Shown: positions 39,506 to 49,324 of the stretch, one piece after another
How the letters are laid out: each line of letters opens with the position of its first letter
Position numbering within the stretch: the first letter of the stretch is position 1
Virus record (IMG/VR): IMGVR_UViG_3300020463_000001
Span: 136,734-200,733 of that record
Length of the DNA stretch: 64,000 bases
Reading direction: 5' to 3' (one strand)
DNA from: a virus
Taxonomy: Duplodnaviria; Caudoviricetes
Position numbers and translations under genes: made by a program
Notes under the pieces: generated by a model
The model's database searches: none
The model's input: the letters and a program-made list of their open reading frames with translations, nothing else
What the model was told of the DNA's origin: nothing

Positions 39506-39718
39506 ATGGCAGTATCACAATTTGGTCAAGAGAACTATATCGCAAACGGCCTAGGAATCCCTGCCCACGATTTTATAGAAAACTCATACGAATCCTCTAC
39601 TAATAATTTGATTGCAGTTGAATACAAACTTGGAGGTTCGTCCGGTACAGTGGTTGCCCGTTTAGATTTTACATATGATTCATCCGGAAACTTACTGACT
39701 GTTGAAAGGACGGCGTAA
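39506..39718 (+). CDS. Small virion-associated hypothetical
   Basis: AGGAGG RBS; VEYKLGG..VARLDFTYD; coupled to the fibre gene. Confidence 0.55.
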   Translation: MAVSQFGQENYIANGLGIPAHDFIENSYESSTNNLIAVEYKLGGSSGTVVARLDFTYDSSGNLLTVERTA

Positions 39719-42700
39719 TGAGTTATAGATATAATCCACTATCCGGAAAGATAGAATTTGTAGGAATCTCAACCTCAGATGGAACATCTCTCGAAGCAAC
39801 TATCAATGAGAAAGTTGCAAACTTAGTAGATTCTGCACCAACTACATTGGACACGCTCAATGAGTTGGCTGCTGCGTTGAATAATGATCCTAACTTTGCG
39901 ACATCTACCGCGACATTGCTTGGCGAAAAGGCACTCGCAACTGATTTGGCGTCTTTGGCTGCGTCTCTGAACCAAGTTGCAACATCTGGTTCTTATGCAG
40001 ATTTGACCGGCACTCCTACTTTGGTTAATATTGCAACATCTGGTTTATATGCGGATTTAACTGGTGCTCCCGATTTGTCTGATGTCGCAACATCTGGTTC
40101 TTACGCCGACTTGACCGGAACTCCTACTAATGTTTCTGATTTTACAAATGATGAAGGATTTATCACTGATTATACTGTAACAGAATCTGACGTAACAGGA
40201 CATGAGGCGTCACTAACTTTAACTGAATCACAGATTAGTGATTTACAATCTTATTTAACTACAGTTGCATTTGCAGATTTAACATCTAAACCAACCACTG
40301 TCTCTGGTTATGGAATTACTGATGCATTTGATGGAGATTATGGTTCACTGACAAATAAACCAGATCTTTTTGACGGCGCATATTCTAGTTTATCCGGAGC
40401 TCCCACTAATGTTTCTACATTTACAAACGATTCTGGATATATCACTGGTTATACCGTCACTGAATCTGATGTTACTGGTCATGAGTCTGCACTCACCATA
40501 ACTGAATCTCAAATATCTGACTTGGGATCATACTTAGTTGCTGCAGATTTATCATCTTATGCTACACAAACATATGTAAATGCCCAAGGATTTATTACTG
40601 GTTATACCGTCACTGAATCTGATGTTACTGGTCATGAGTCTGCACTCACCATAACTGAATCTCAAATATCTGATTTGACACCATATTTAGTTTCCGCCGA
40701 TCTGAATGGATATGCGACAGAAACCTTTGTTGGTTCGCAGGGATATATCACTGGTTATGCAGTCACTGAATCTGATGTTACTGGCCACCAAACCGCATTA
40801 TCAATTACAGAATCACAGATTAGTGATTTACAATCTTATTTAACTACAGTTGCATTTGCAGATTTAACATCTAAACCAACCACTGTCTCTGGTTATGGAA
40901 TTACTGATGCATTTGATGGAGATTATGGTTCACTGACAAATAAACCAACAATACCTACCGTCCCAACAACGGTGAGTTCTTTCACTAATGATTCTGGATA
41001 TATTACAGGATATACTGTTACTCAGGATGATCTTTCTGGATTAACTATAACTGAATCTCAAATAACAGATTTGGGAGCTTATCTAGTTGCGTCTGATTTA
41101 TCAACATATGCACTGACAACGTATGTAGACGCTCAAGTTGCTGGAGTTGTAAATTCTGCTCCGGAAACATTAAATACCTTAAATGAACTGGCAACTGCCC
41201 TTGGAAATGATCCAGACTTTGCCACATCAACTGCTAATTTAATTGGCACAAAGGCAAACACTGCGGATTTGTCTTCTGTCGCAACATCCGGTGCATACGC
41301 AGATTTAAGTGGTGTTCCTTCTTTGTTTGACGGCGCATATTCTAGTTTATCTGGAGCTCCCACTAATGTTTCTACATTTACAAACGATTCTGGATATTTA
41401 ACAACAGTTTCTTTTGATGATCTGTCTTCTTCCCCGACAACTGTCTCTGGTTATGGAATTACCGATGCGTTCTCAGGAGCATATGGAGATTTGACTGGTG
41501 TTCCTACTAATATTTCTACATTCACAAATGACTCAGGGTATTTAACTACTATATCTTATGCAGAAGTAACTGGTAAACCAACATTATTTGATGGTGCATA
41601 TTCTAGTTTGTCTGGTGTTCCTACTAATATTTCTGATTTTACAAACGATTCTGGATATTTAACAACAGTTGCATTTGCAGATTTAACATCCAAACCAACC
41701 ACTGTTTCGGGCTACGGAATCACCGATGCCTTTGATGGTGCATATTCTAGTTTATCCGGAGCTCCCACTAATGTTTCTACATTTACAAATGACTCTGGTT
41801 ATTTAACAACAGTTTCCTTCGAAGACTTAACATCAAAACCAACGACTATCGATGGTTATGGAATTACTGATGCTTTTGATGGTGCATATTCTAGTTTATC
41901 TGGTGTCCCTACTACTGTTTCTACATTCGCAAATGACTCAGGGTATTTAACAACAGTTGCATTTGCAGACTTAACTTCTAAACCAACAACTGTTTCTGGT
42001 TACGGAATCACTGATGCATTTGATGGTGCGTATTCTAGTTTATCTGGAGCTCCCACTAATGTTTCTACATTTGCAAATGACTCTGGCTATTTAACAACAG
42101 TTGCATTTGCAGATTTAACTTCTAAACCAACTACTATATCTGGTTATGGAATCACAGATGCATTTGATGGAGATTATACTAATTTAACAAATAGACCAAC
42201 TATACCGACTGTCCCAACTGCATTAAGTTCTTTTTCTAATGATACTAACTTTATCACTCTAGACGAATCTCAATCTGGAGTCAGTGTTACCAGCGTATCC
42301 GCAAGTGGCTCCGGTTCACTTAACTATAATAATTCTAGTGGCGTATTTACATTTGCTCCTGCAGATTTGAGTTCTTATCTAGTTGCGTCTGATTTATCAA
42401 CTTATGCATTAAAGACTTATGTTGATACTCAGGTTGCTGGTGTAGTAAGTTCTGCTCCAGAAACTTTGGATACTTTGAATGAATTGGCGGCCGCGTTAGG
42501 AGACGATCCAAACTTTGCAACAACAGTATCAAATCAGATTGGTACAAAGGCTGAATTGGGCGACTTTAGTGTTTCTACTGTTGCTGAAAGTGGTGCCGGA
42601 TCTCTTAACTATAATAATGCTGGAGTATTTACATTTGCTCCTGCAGATCTAAGTTCTTATTTAACAACAGTTGCGTTTGCAGATTTAACATCTAAACCAA

Positions 42701-44193
42701 CCACTGTCTCTGGCTACGGAATTACTGATGCATTTGATGGAGATTATAATAGTCTTACAAATCAACCAGTAATCCCCGAAGGTGCAGATCTTACAGGGTA
42801 TGCAACAGAAATTTATGTTAATGATCAGGGTTTTATCACAGGAATCTCATTCGCAAATGTATCCGCAAAACCAACTACTATTGCTGGTTATGGAATAACT
42901 GATGCCTTCTCTGGTGCATATGGAGATTTGACTGGAGCTCCTACTTTATTTGACGGTGCATATTCATCGCTTACAGATGCACCTACTGCATTAAGTAGTT
43001 TTTCTAACGATACAAACTTTATTGATTTGACCAGAGTAAGTGTCTCCAGTGTCGCTGCAAGTGGTTCTGGTTCTCTTAACTATAATAACGCAAATGGAGT
43101 ATTTACATTCTCTCCTGCAGATTTGAGTTCTTATTTGACTTCTTCTGATCTATCAACATACGCAACAGAGTCTTTTGTCTCTACTCAAGTTGCAAATGTT
43201 GTTAATTCTGCGCCAGAGGCATTAAATACTCTTAATGAACTTGCTGATGCTTTGGGAGATGATCCAAATTTTGCAACAACTATTTCAACTCAAATAGGAA
43301 CTAAGGCAGCTCTTGGAGATTTGGATGTCAACACCGTATCTTCAAGTGGTTCTGGTTCTCTTAATTATGATAGTTCTACTGGTGCGTTTACATTTGCACC
43401 AGCAGATTTGAGTTCGTTTTTAACTTCTTATACCGAGACAGATCCAGTATTTACTGCCCATCCTTCCTCTGGAATTACGACATTCCACATCCAACAATGG
43501 AATACTGCATATACTTGGGGAGACCATAGTACTGTAGGATATTTAACTACAGAGACACAATCAGACTATAATCAAACAGATAGTAGTGCTGTAGATTTTA
43601 TCAAGAACAAACCTTCTTTGTTTGACGGTGATTATGATTCTTTGACTAATAAACCATCTTTATTTGATGGCGATTATGGAAGTTTGAGCAATCAACCGTC
43701 ACTATTTTCTGGTGCATATGCGGATTTATCTGGAAAACCTACTATCCCATCAGCACAAGTTCAATCAGATTATGATCAGACAGATGATACTGCGGTAGAT
43801 TTTATTAAGAATAAACCAACATTATTTGATGGCGACTACAGTTCTCTGACTAATCCGCCTTCACTATTCGATGGGGATTATGGTTCATTGACTAATACAC
43901 CTTCTCTATTCGATGGGGATTATGATAGTTTAAGTAATAAACCTACATTGTTTGATGGAGACTATACAAACTTAACAAACCAGCCAACCATACCAACTAA
44001 CAATAATGAGTTGACTAATGGTGCTGGTTATCTTGCTTTAGTTTCTGTACCATCAACATCTAAGGGAGCGTCAGGAGATGCCTCTGGAGATGTCGCGATG
44101 GATAATGATTATATATATAGATGTACTGCGAATTATACTGATGGAAATGCCGATATTTGGAAGAGAGTAGAATTCTCAACTGATACTTGGTAA
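39718..44193 (+). CDS. Long tail fibre-like protein built from tandem repeats
   Basis: Four APETLxTLNELAxALGxDPNFATT motifs; many KPTTVSGYGITDAFDG and FDGDYxSLTNKP repeats. Confidence 0.8.
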   Translation: MSYRYNPLSGKIEFVGISTSDGTSLEATINEKVANLVDSAPTTLDTLNELAAALNNDPNFATSTATLLGEKALATDLASLAASLNQVATSGSYADLTGTPTLVNIATSGLYADLTGAPDLSDVATSGSYADLTGTPTNVSDFTNDEGFITDYTVTESDVTGHEASLTLTESQISDLQSYLTTVAFADLTSKPTTVSGYGITDAFDGDYGSLTNKPDLFDGAYSSLSGAPTNVSTFTNDSGYITGYTVTESDVTGHESALTITESQISDLGSYLVAADLSSYATQTYVNAQGFITGYTVTESDVTGHESALTITESQISDLTPYLVSADLNGYATETFVGSQGYITGYAVTESDVTGHQTALSITESQISDLQSYLTTVAFADLTSKPTTVSGYGITDAFDGDYGSLTNKPTIPTVPTTVSSFTNDSGYITGYTVTQDDLSGLTITESQITDLGAYLVASDLSTYALTTYVDAQVAGVVNSAPETLNTLNELATALGNDPDFATSTANLIGTKANTADLSSVATSGAYADLSGVPSLFDGAYSSLSGAPTNVSTFTNDSGYLTTVSFDDLSSSPTTVSGYGITDAFSGAYGDLTGVPTNISTFTNDSGYLTTISYAEVTGKPTLFDGAYSSLSGVPTNISDFTNDSGYLTTVAFADLTSKPTTVSGYGITDAFDGAYSSLSGAPTNVSTFTNDSGYLTTVSFEDLTSKPTTIDGYGITDAFDGAYSSLSGVPTTVSTFANDSGYLTTVAFADLTSKPTTVSGYGITDAFDGAYSSLSGAPTNVSTFANDSGYLTTVAFADLTSKPTTISGYGITDAFDGDYTNLTNRPTIPTVPTALSSFSNDTNFITLDESQSGVSVTSVSASGSGSLNYNNSSGVFTFAPADLSSYLVASDLSTYALKTYVDTQVAGVVSSAPETLDTLNELAAALGDDPNFATTVSNQIGTKAELGDFSVSTVAESGAGSLNYNNAGVFTFAPADLSSYLTTVAFADLTSKPTTVSGYGITDAFDGDYNSLTNQPVIPEGADLTGYATEIYVNDQGFITGISFANVSAKPTTIAGYGITDAFSGAYGDLTGAPTLFDGAYSSLTDAPTALSSFSNDTNFIDLTRVSVSSVAASGSGSLNYNNANGVFTFSPADLSSYLTSSDLSTYATESFVSTQVANVVNSAPEALNTLNELADALGDDPNFATTISTQIGTKAALGDLDVNTVSSSGSGSLNYDSSTGAFTFAPADLSSFLTSYTETDPVFTAHPSSGITTFHIQQWNTAYTWGDHSTVGYLTTETQSDYNQTDSSAVDFIKNKPSLFDGDYDSLTNKPSLFDGDYGSLSNQPSLFSGAYADLSGKPTIPSAQVQSDYDQTDDTAVDFIKNKPTLFDGDYSSLTNPPSLFDGDYGSLTNTPSLFDGDYDSLSNKPTLFDGDYTNLTNQPTIPTNNNELTNGAGYLALVSVPSTSKGASGDASGDVAMDNDYIYRCTANYTDGNADIWKRVEFSTDTW
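40225..43990 (+). repeat. Intragenic repeat arrays in the fibre gene
   Basis: For example, 138 bp are identical at 40225-40362 and 40810-40947. Confidence 0.85.
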
Positions 44194-44215
44194 TTTGAAC
44201 TACTAAGATTATTTT

Positions 44216-44611
44216 ATGCAAAAATTTGACAACTTGACGGAAGAAAACGTCTTGATGTATCAAATGAAGTCTTACGATAATCCGCAATGTCACACATACG
44301 AAGAGTTTGTGGATGATATGAAGCGGATAAAATATATCAAGAGACTTTTTTTTAGATACCACACAAAACGTATATTGAAAGAAAGATTGATTATCAATCA
44401 CCTAATTATTTTATATAATGTTTTAGGGAATAGCGCGGCTTCGCGAATTCTCTTTTTAAAGATAGACCCTTCTCAGTATTATATACTAAAGAGTTTTCTA
44501 GTCTTTATAAACAAGATGCCAAACCGCATTTATGGGGTAAATGGGTCTGATATAAATAGTATTGACATACCCATAGATGATGATATAATAGAAACACTCA
44601 GGAAATTATAA
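44216..44611 (+). CDS. Conserved T4-like hypothetical
   Basis: YDNPQC..EEF.DDMKRIKYIKRL..ERLIINHLIILYNV. Confidence 0.7.
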   Translation: MQKFDNLTEENVLMYQMKSYDNPQCHTYEEFVDDMKRIKYIKRLFFRYHTKRILKERLIINHLIILYNVLGNSAASRILFLKIDPSQYYILKSFLVFINKMPNRIYGVNGSDINSIDIPIDDDIIETLRKL

Positions 44612-45276
44612 TGGCATCAGTCTTTAACGCATTTCTAGCATACAAATTTATCAAAGTTATAACGACTCCTTGGAAAGACATGGAGGCATTTGAACACGGT
44701 ATTGTAGATGCGAATGGAAAACAGTTAAAGAAATCTAATCAATTGAAAACTTCCGAAGAAAAATCTTCGTACACACTCTTTCATAGATTGATATTTAATC
44801 TTAAACGAGTATTAGAAAAGTTTCCTTTTGGTAAGAGTCGTATTGCAAGTTATGCGGCCGCATTTGCACTTCTCAGAGAAGAAAGAAACAAGTCTCTCAA
44901 AGATATGGATGACGAAACATATGAACAAATAGAAGGTTTCTTGTGTGACTATGTTAATATACTTGAAGAGAAAACACAAGAACTTTTGATGGAAGATGCT
45001 CCAGTTAATTCTATTGGAGACGCAAGTCATCTTGCAGGGTTGGGTAAAATGCCTCCGACATCTTTTGCTGGAATGCGAGTTTTTAGAATAAAAAATGATA
45101 CTTATAATAAACTTCTCAAAGGAAAGAAGAAGTATGCGAGATGGCAGAATTATATTTCTGCGGAAGAAGCATCAGATATTAGAGATTATATAAGAAGAAA
45201 TCCAAAGAAGAGTGTGGTACTCATGGATGATTCTTATGGAACTATGACTATATTAAGAAGACACAACGAGATTTGA
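44611..45276 (+). CDS. Conserved T4-like hypothetical
   Basis: YKFIK..TPW..AFEHGIVD..YTLFHRLIFNLKR; TATAAATA at 44551-44558. Confidence 0.7.
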   Translation: MASVFNAFLAYKFIKVITTPWKDMEAFEHGIVDANGKQLKKSNQLKTSEEKSSYTLFHRLIFNLKRVLEKFPFGKSRIASYAAAFALLREERNKSLKDMDDETYEQIEGFLCDYVNILEEKTQELLMEDAPVNSIGDASHLAGLGKMPPTSFAGMRVFRIKNDTYNKLLKGKKKYARWQNYISAEEASDIRDYIRRNPKKSVVLMDDSYGTMTILRRHNEI

Positions 45277-45277
45277 A

Positions 45278-45682
45278 ATGGCATTTTTCAGTACATTTAA
45301 GATAGTTATGATACTCATTCCTCTCCTTATGGGAGCTGGGGGGTGGTACTATATCAAGGGATTGAAAGAATCTTTGGAACAGATGAAAATCAACGCTGCA
45401 CAGATGGAAGACGCAATCAATTCCAAAGATGGAGAGATAAATAGACTGAATGAAAATATTAACGTACTGAGAACAGTCACGGACGAAGTTCAGGCAGTCA
45501 GGAACAATTTAGAAAAAGAAGTAGACAAGTTAAGAGTAACTCTTGGAGAACACGATTTGGGTTATCTTGCGAGTAAGAAGCCCGGTTTGGTAGAAAAAAT
45601 AGTAAATAGAGCAGTAGATAGAGATGTTAAACAACGTCTTGATAGAATTACAGGAAATGTAGATGAAGATAAAGATTCTTAG
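45278..45682 (+). CDS. Putative inner-membrane spanin (Rz-like)
   Basis: N-terminal transmembrane segment followed by a long coiled coil. Confidence 0.55.
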   Translation: MAFFSTFKIVMILIPLLMGAGGWYYIKGLKESLEQMKINAAQMEDAINSKDGEINRLNENINVLRTVTDEVQAVRNNLEKEVDKLRVTLGEHDLGYLASKKPGLVEKIVNRAVDRDVKQRLDRITGNVDEDKDS

Positions 45683-46058
45683 TTTATTATTACTAGTATT
45701 TTTGATGACAGTTTCTACTGGTTGTTCAATACTAAGACCAGAACCAGTTGAAAAAATAATTACTAAAGAGGTTTTAATTAAAAAACTTCCTCTTAAATTG
45801 AAAAATCCGGAACCAATTGATTGGTTGGGTATAAAGTGGATGATCATAACTCCGGAAACATATGAGTCCAGAATAGAAGAATTGAAGAGGGACGGAAAAA
45901 GTTTAGCGATATTTGCATTAGACAAAGATTCGTATGAGGCCATATCTATAAATATGGCTGAGATCTTAAAATATATGGAAGAGCAAAGTTTCATTCTTGC
46001 TCAATACCGAGAGTATTACGAATCGGAAGATGAATCTGAAGAGTCTGAAGATAAATAA
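45663..46058 (+). CDS. Putative outer-membrane spanin lipoprotein (Rz1-like)
   Basis: Signal peptide with lipobox STGC; Pro-rich segment; overlaps the preceding gene. Confidence 0.55.
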   Translation: MKIKILSLLLLVFLMTVSTGCSILRPEPVEKIITKEVLIKKLPLKLKNPEPIDWLGIKWMIITPETYESRIEELKRDGKSLAIFALDKDSYEAISINMAEILKYMEEQSFILAQYREYYESEDESEESEDK

Positions 46059-46069
46059 TAGGAACAATT

Positions 46070-46411
46070 ATGTCAGCACAAGACGGCGTGGACAGTGTAG
46101 AAGACTTTCAAGATTCTGTTAAACAGAACACAGATAGGATACATTCTATGGAACAAAGAATACAAACAGTCGCAATGGTTTTGATTGTTGGTTTTTTGAC
46201 ATGGGTTGGCACTGGATTGGTAGATGTAAAAGTAGGACTCGCTCAAGTTTTATCTGAGTCCGTATCACTGAGAGGTTCACTCGATTCTCAGGGTAGAAGG
46301 TTGGTTGATATTGAAAAGGATATTCAAGAGATCAATAAAGAGATGGCAAGTTACATCACCAGAGACGAATTTAGAGAAGAATTAAAAGAATTGAAGGAAA
46401 GTAAAGATTGA
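46070..46411 (+). CDS. Single-TM coiled-coil protein
   Basis: VAMVLIVGFLTWVGTGLV flanked by coiled coils. Confidence 0.55.
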   Translation: MSAQDGVDSVEDFQDSVKQNTDRIHSMEQRIQTVAMVLIVGFLTWVGTGLVDVKVGLAQVLSESVSLRGSLDSQGRRLVDIEKDIQEINKEMASYITRDEFREELKELKESKD

Positions 46412-46436
46412 CAAGACACAAATAAGAGTGTAGAAT
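46408..46436 (+). promoter_or_regulatory. Sigma70 promoter (TTGACA-17-TAGAAT) for primase
   Basis: Hexamers at 46408-46413 and 46431-46436. Confidence 0.8.
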
Positions 46437-46460
46437 GGTTTCTAAAATTCGTACACCCTT

Positions 46461-47546
46461 ATGTTATATATTGATCATACCTACATAAATCTAGTTGGTA
46501 GTAAACTAGAAAGATTTGCAAAGAAACGAGATAACCTATACAATTGTAGGTGCCCTCTATGTGGTGATTCTCAAAAACACTCTTATAAAGCCAGAGGGTT
46601 CTTCTTTGAGAAGAAGAGTAAGTTCTTCTATATGTGTCATAATTGTGGTGCGTCCATGTCTCTTGGTAAGTTCTTAAGTATAGTTGATGGAGAAATTCAT
46701 AAACAATATAGACTTGAGAAGTGGAAAGATAATAATCCAAAGAAAGAACAAAAGAAGGAAGAACATAAACCTCTAAAGTTCTATTACGATTTTAGGGATA
46801 ATTCAGTACTTGTTAAAGAAGAACAGACCGAGTTCAATATAGACTTCAAGGCAAAGTTCAAAGACAAATTACAGGGTATGACTCCAATTAAAAAGTTGGA
46901 TGATTCACACCCAGCCAAACGATATTTGGTAAACAGAAAAATTCCTAACTTGGATGTATTATATTATACTGAAGACTTTAAGTCAACAGTCAATACATTA
47001 CTTTCTAAGTTTGGTGACAATTCTAGATTGTATGACAGACTTGTAGATAATGAAAAACGGATTGTAATTCCCTTCTTCAACGAAAACAAGAAACTTGTCG
47101 CATTACAGGGTAGAGCATTAGACTCTTCTGGTATGCGATATATTACTATCAAGATAGATGAAGACGCAGAAAAGATCTATGGATTGGAGAGAGTAGATAA
47201 GAGTAAAACTGTATATGTGACAGAGGGCCCAATCGATTCTTTGTTTCTTGATAATGCAATCGCAATGGCGGGTAGTGATGTTGGTTTGAAGTACTTTGAC
47301 AAGTTCAGTGACGTTGTTTTTGTGTTCGATAATGAACCCAGAAACCCCCAAATTGTCAAGAGAATGTTGAATGTAATCCAGACGGGATTTAGTATTTTTG
47401 TCTGGCCAAATAAAATAAAAGAAAAAGATATAAATGATGTGATACTGTCAGGAATGAGTGTTTTAGAATTACAAGACATTATAAGTAAAAACACATCAAA
47501 TGGATTAGAAGCGAAATTAAAAATTTCCGCATGGAAAAAGTGTTAA
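46461..47546 (+). CDS. 61: DNA primase gp61
   Basis: CRCPLCGDS..CHNCG zinc finger; TOPRIM VTEGPIDS, DNEPRN, KDIND. Confidence 0.96.
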   Translation: MLYIDHTYINLVGSKLERFAKKRDNLYNCRCPLCGDSQKHSYKARGFFFEKKSKFFYMCHNCGASMSLGKFLSIVDGEIHKQYRLEKWKDNNPKKEQKKEEHKPLKFYYDFRDNSVLVKEEQTEFNIDFKAKFKDKLQGMTPIKKLDDSHPAKRYLVNRKIPNLDVLYYTEDFKSTVNTLLSKFGDNSRLYDRLVDNEKRIVIPFFNENKKLVALQGRALDSSGMRYITIKIDEDAEKIYGLERVDKSKTVYVTEGPIDSLFLDNAIAMAGSDVGLKYFDKFSDVVFVFDNEPRNPQIVKRMLNVIQTGFSIFVWPNKIKEKDINDVILSGMSVLELQDIISKNTSNGLEAKLKISAWKKC

Positions 47547-47557
47547 GGTGAGTACGG

Positions 47558-49315
47558 ATGAAGTTGAGATTAGAATATGAGAGAGATGAGAAGTTATCAG
47601 AACAGTCCTACAAATTATTGAAAGATTATTATTGCATTGAAGGTGAAAATTCCCCCCAAGATTCATTCGCAAGAGCCGCAGTATCGTACTCTTACGGAGA
47701 TAAAAAACTCGCCCAGAGAATATATGAAGGTGCGTCGAAGGGTTGGTTTATGTTCTCTTCACCAGTATTATCTAACGCACCGAAACAAGGAAAACAACCA
47801 AAGTCCCTGCCGATTTCTTGTTTTCTCTCATATGTTCCAGACACACTAGAAGGTCTTATTTCGCACTCATCTGAATTGAGATGGTTGTCAGTGAAGGGTG
47901 GTGGTGTTGGTGGTCACTGGAGCACTGTCCGTTCAGTCTCTGATAAAGCACCCGGCCCTATTCCCTTTATGCACACCGTAGATGCGGATATGACAGCGTA
48001 CAGACAGGGCAAAACTAGGAAGGGGTCTTATGCAGCATACCTTGATATAGACCATCCAGACATCTTAGAGTTCGTAGGAATGCGTACTCCAACTGGTGAT
48101 GTGAACAGAAAGAATCTTAATCTACATCACGCAGTCAATATAACCGACAAGTTCATGGAAGCAGTCAAAGAAAATTTAGACTGGGATTTAATTGACCCAA
48201 ATGAAAAGACTGCAAAGGATACAATACGGGCTAGAAAGTTATGGGAGACTATTCTGGAAACCCGATATAGAACCGGAGAACCATATTTAAACTTCATCGA
48301 TACCGCAAATCGATCACTCCCAAAAGAGATGAAGAAGAAAGGATTAAAGATACATGGGTCTAACTTATGTAACGAGATTCATTTACCTACAAGCGAAGAT
48401 AGAACCGCTGTTTGTTGTTTGTCATCACTAAATATCGAGAAATATGACGAATGGAAAGAATCTAATATTGTCAGAGATTTGATTAGATTCTTGGATAATG
48501 TATTACAATATTTTATAGACCATGCCGGAGATGAGATATCAAAGGCAAAATACTCCGCACAGATGGAGAGGTCTCTGGGATTGGGTGCAATGGGATTGCA
48601 TTCCTATTTCCATAAAAATAGAGTCTCTTTCGATTCGGAAGAAGCAAGAGAAATGAACAATGAGATATTTAAGTTCATTAAAGATCAGGCTTCAGAAGAA
48701 TCTAAGTTACTCGCTGAAGAAAGAGGGGAGTGTCCGGACATGGAAGGTTCTGGACTTCGTAACTCACATTTATTGGCTATTGCGCCCAATGCGAATAGTT
48801 CAATTATTGTGAATACTTCTCCCTCAATTGAACCTCTGAAGGCAAACGCCTATACCCATAGAACCAGAGTTGGTTCACATTTGGTTAGGAACAGATACTT
48901 AGAGGAAGAATTGGAAAAAATCGATAAAAGTACTGACGAAGTATGGAGTTCGATAATCACTAATGGTGGTTCTGTACAACACCTAGCATTCTTAAGTGAT
49001 CATCTTAAAGAGGTATTTAAGACTGCGATAGAAATTGATCAGATGGCATTGATAGAACAAGCAGCAGACCGACAGAATTATCTCTGTCAGGGACAGTCGT
49101 TGAATATATTCTTTCCGCCATCTGCAGATAAATCGTATATACATAAAGTCCATTATAGAGCTTGGGAAAGTGGATGTAAAGGACTTTACTACTTGAGAAC
49201 TGAGAGTTCAAGTAGAGCAGAGAATGTTGCACAAAAGGTTACTAGAATTGCATTGAAGGATTACGAAACTCCAACCGATGAAAGTCAGGAAGAATGTGAA
49301 GCCTGTCAAGGTTAG
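47558..49315 (+). CDS. nrdA: Class Ia ribonucleotide reductase alpha subunit, no ATP cone
   Basis: PISCF, GSNLCNEI, AIAPNA, LYYLR, C-terminal CEACQG. Confidence 0.95.
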   Translation: MKLRLEYERDEKLSEQSYKLLKDYYCIEGENSPQDSFARAAVSYSYGDKKLAQRIYEGASKGWFMFSSPVLSNAPKQGKQPKSLPISCFLSYVPDTLEGLISHSSELRWLSVKGGGVGGHWSTVRSVSDKAPGPIPFMHTVDADMTAYRQGKTRKGSYAAYLDIDHPDILEFVGMRTPTGDVNRKNLNLHHAVNITDKFMEAVKENLDWDLIDPNEKTAKDTIRARKLWETILETRYRTGEPYLNFIDTANRSLPKEMKKKGLKIHGSNLCNEIHLPTSEDRTAVCCLSSLNIEKYDEWKESNIVRDLIRFLDNVLQYFIDHAGDEISKAKYSAQMERSLGLGAMGLHSYFHKNRVSFDSEEAREMNNEIFKFIKDQASEESKLLAEERGECPDMEGSGLRNSHLLAIAPNANSSIIVNTSPSIEPLKANAYTHRTRVGSHLVRNRYLEEELEKIDKSTDEVWSSIITNGGSVQHLAFLSDHLKEVFKTAIEIDQMALIEQAADRQNYLCQGQSLNIFFPPSADKSYIHKVHYRAWESGCKGLYYLRTESSSRAENVAQKVTRIALKDYETPTDESQEECEACQG

Positions 49316-49324
49316 GAGAAAAAT

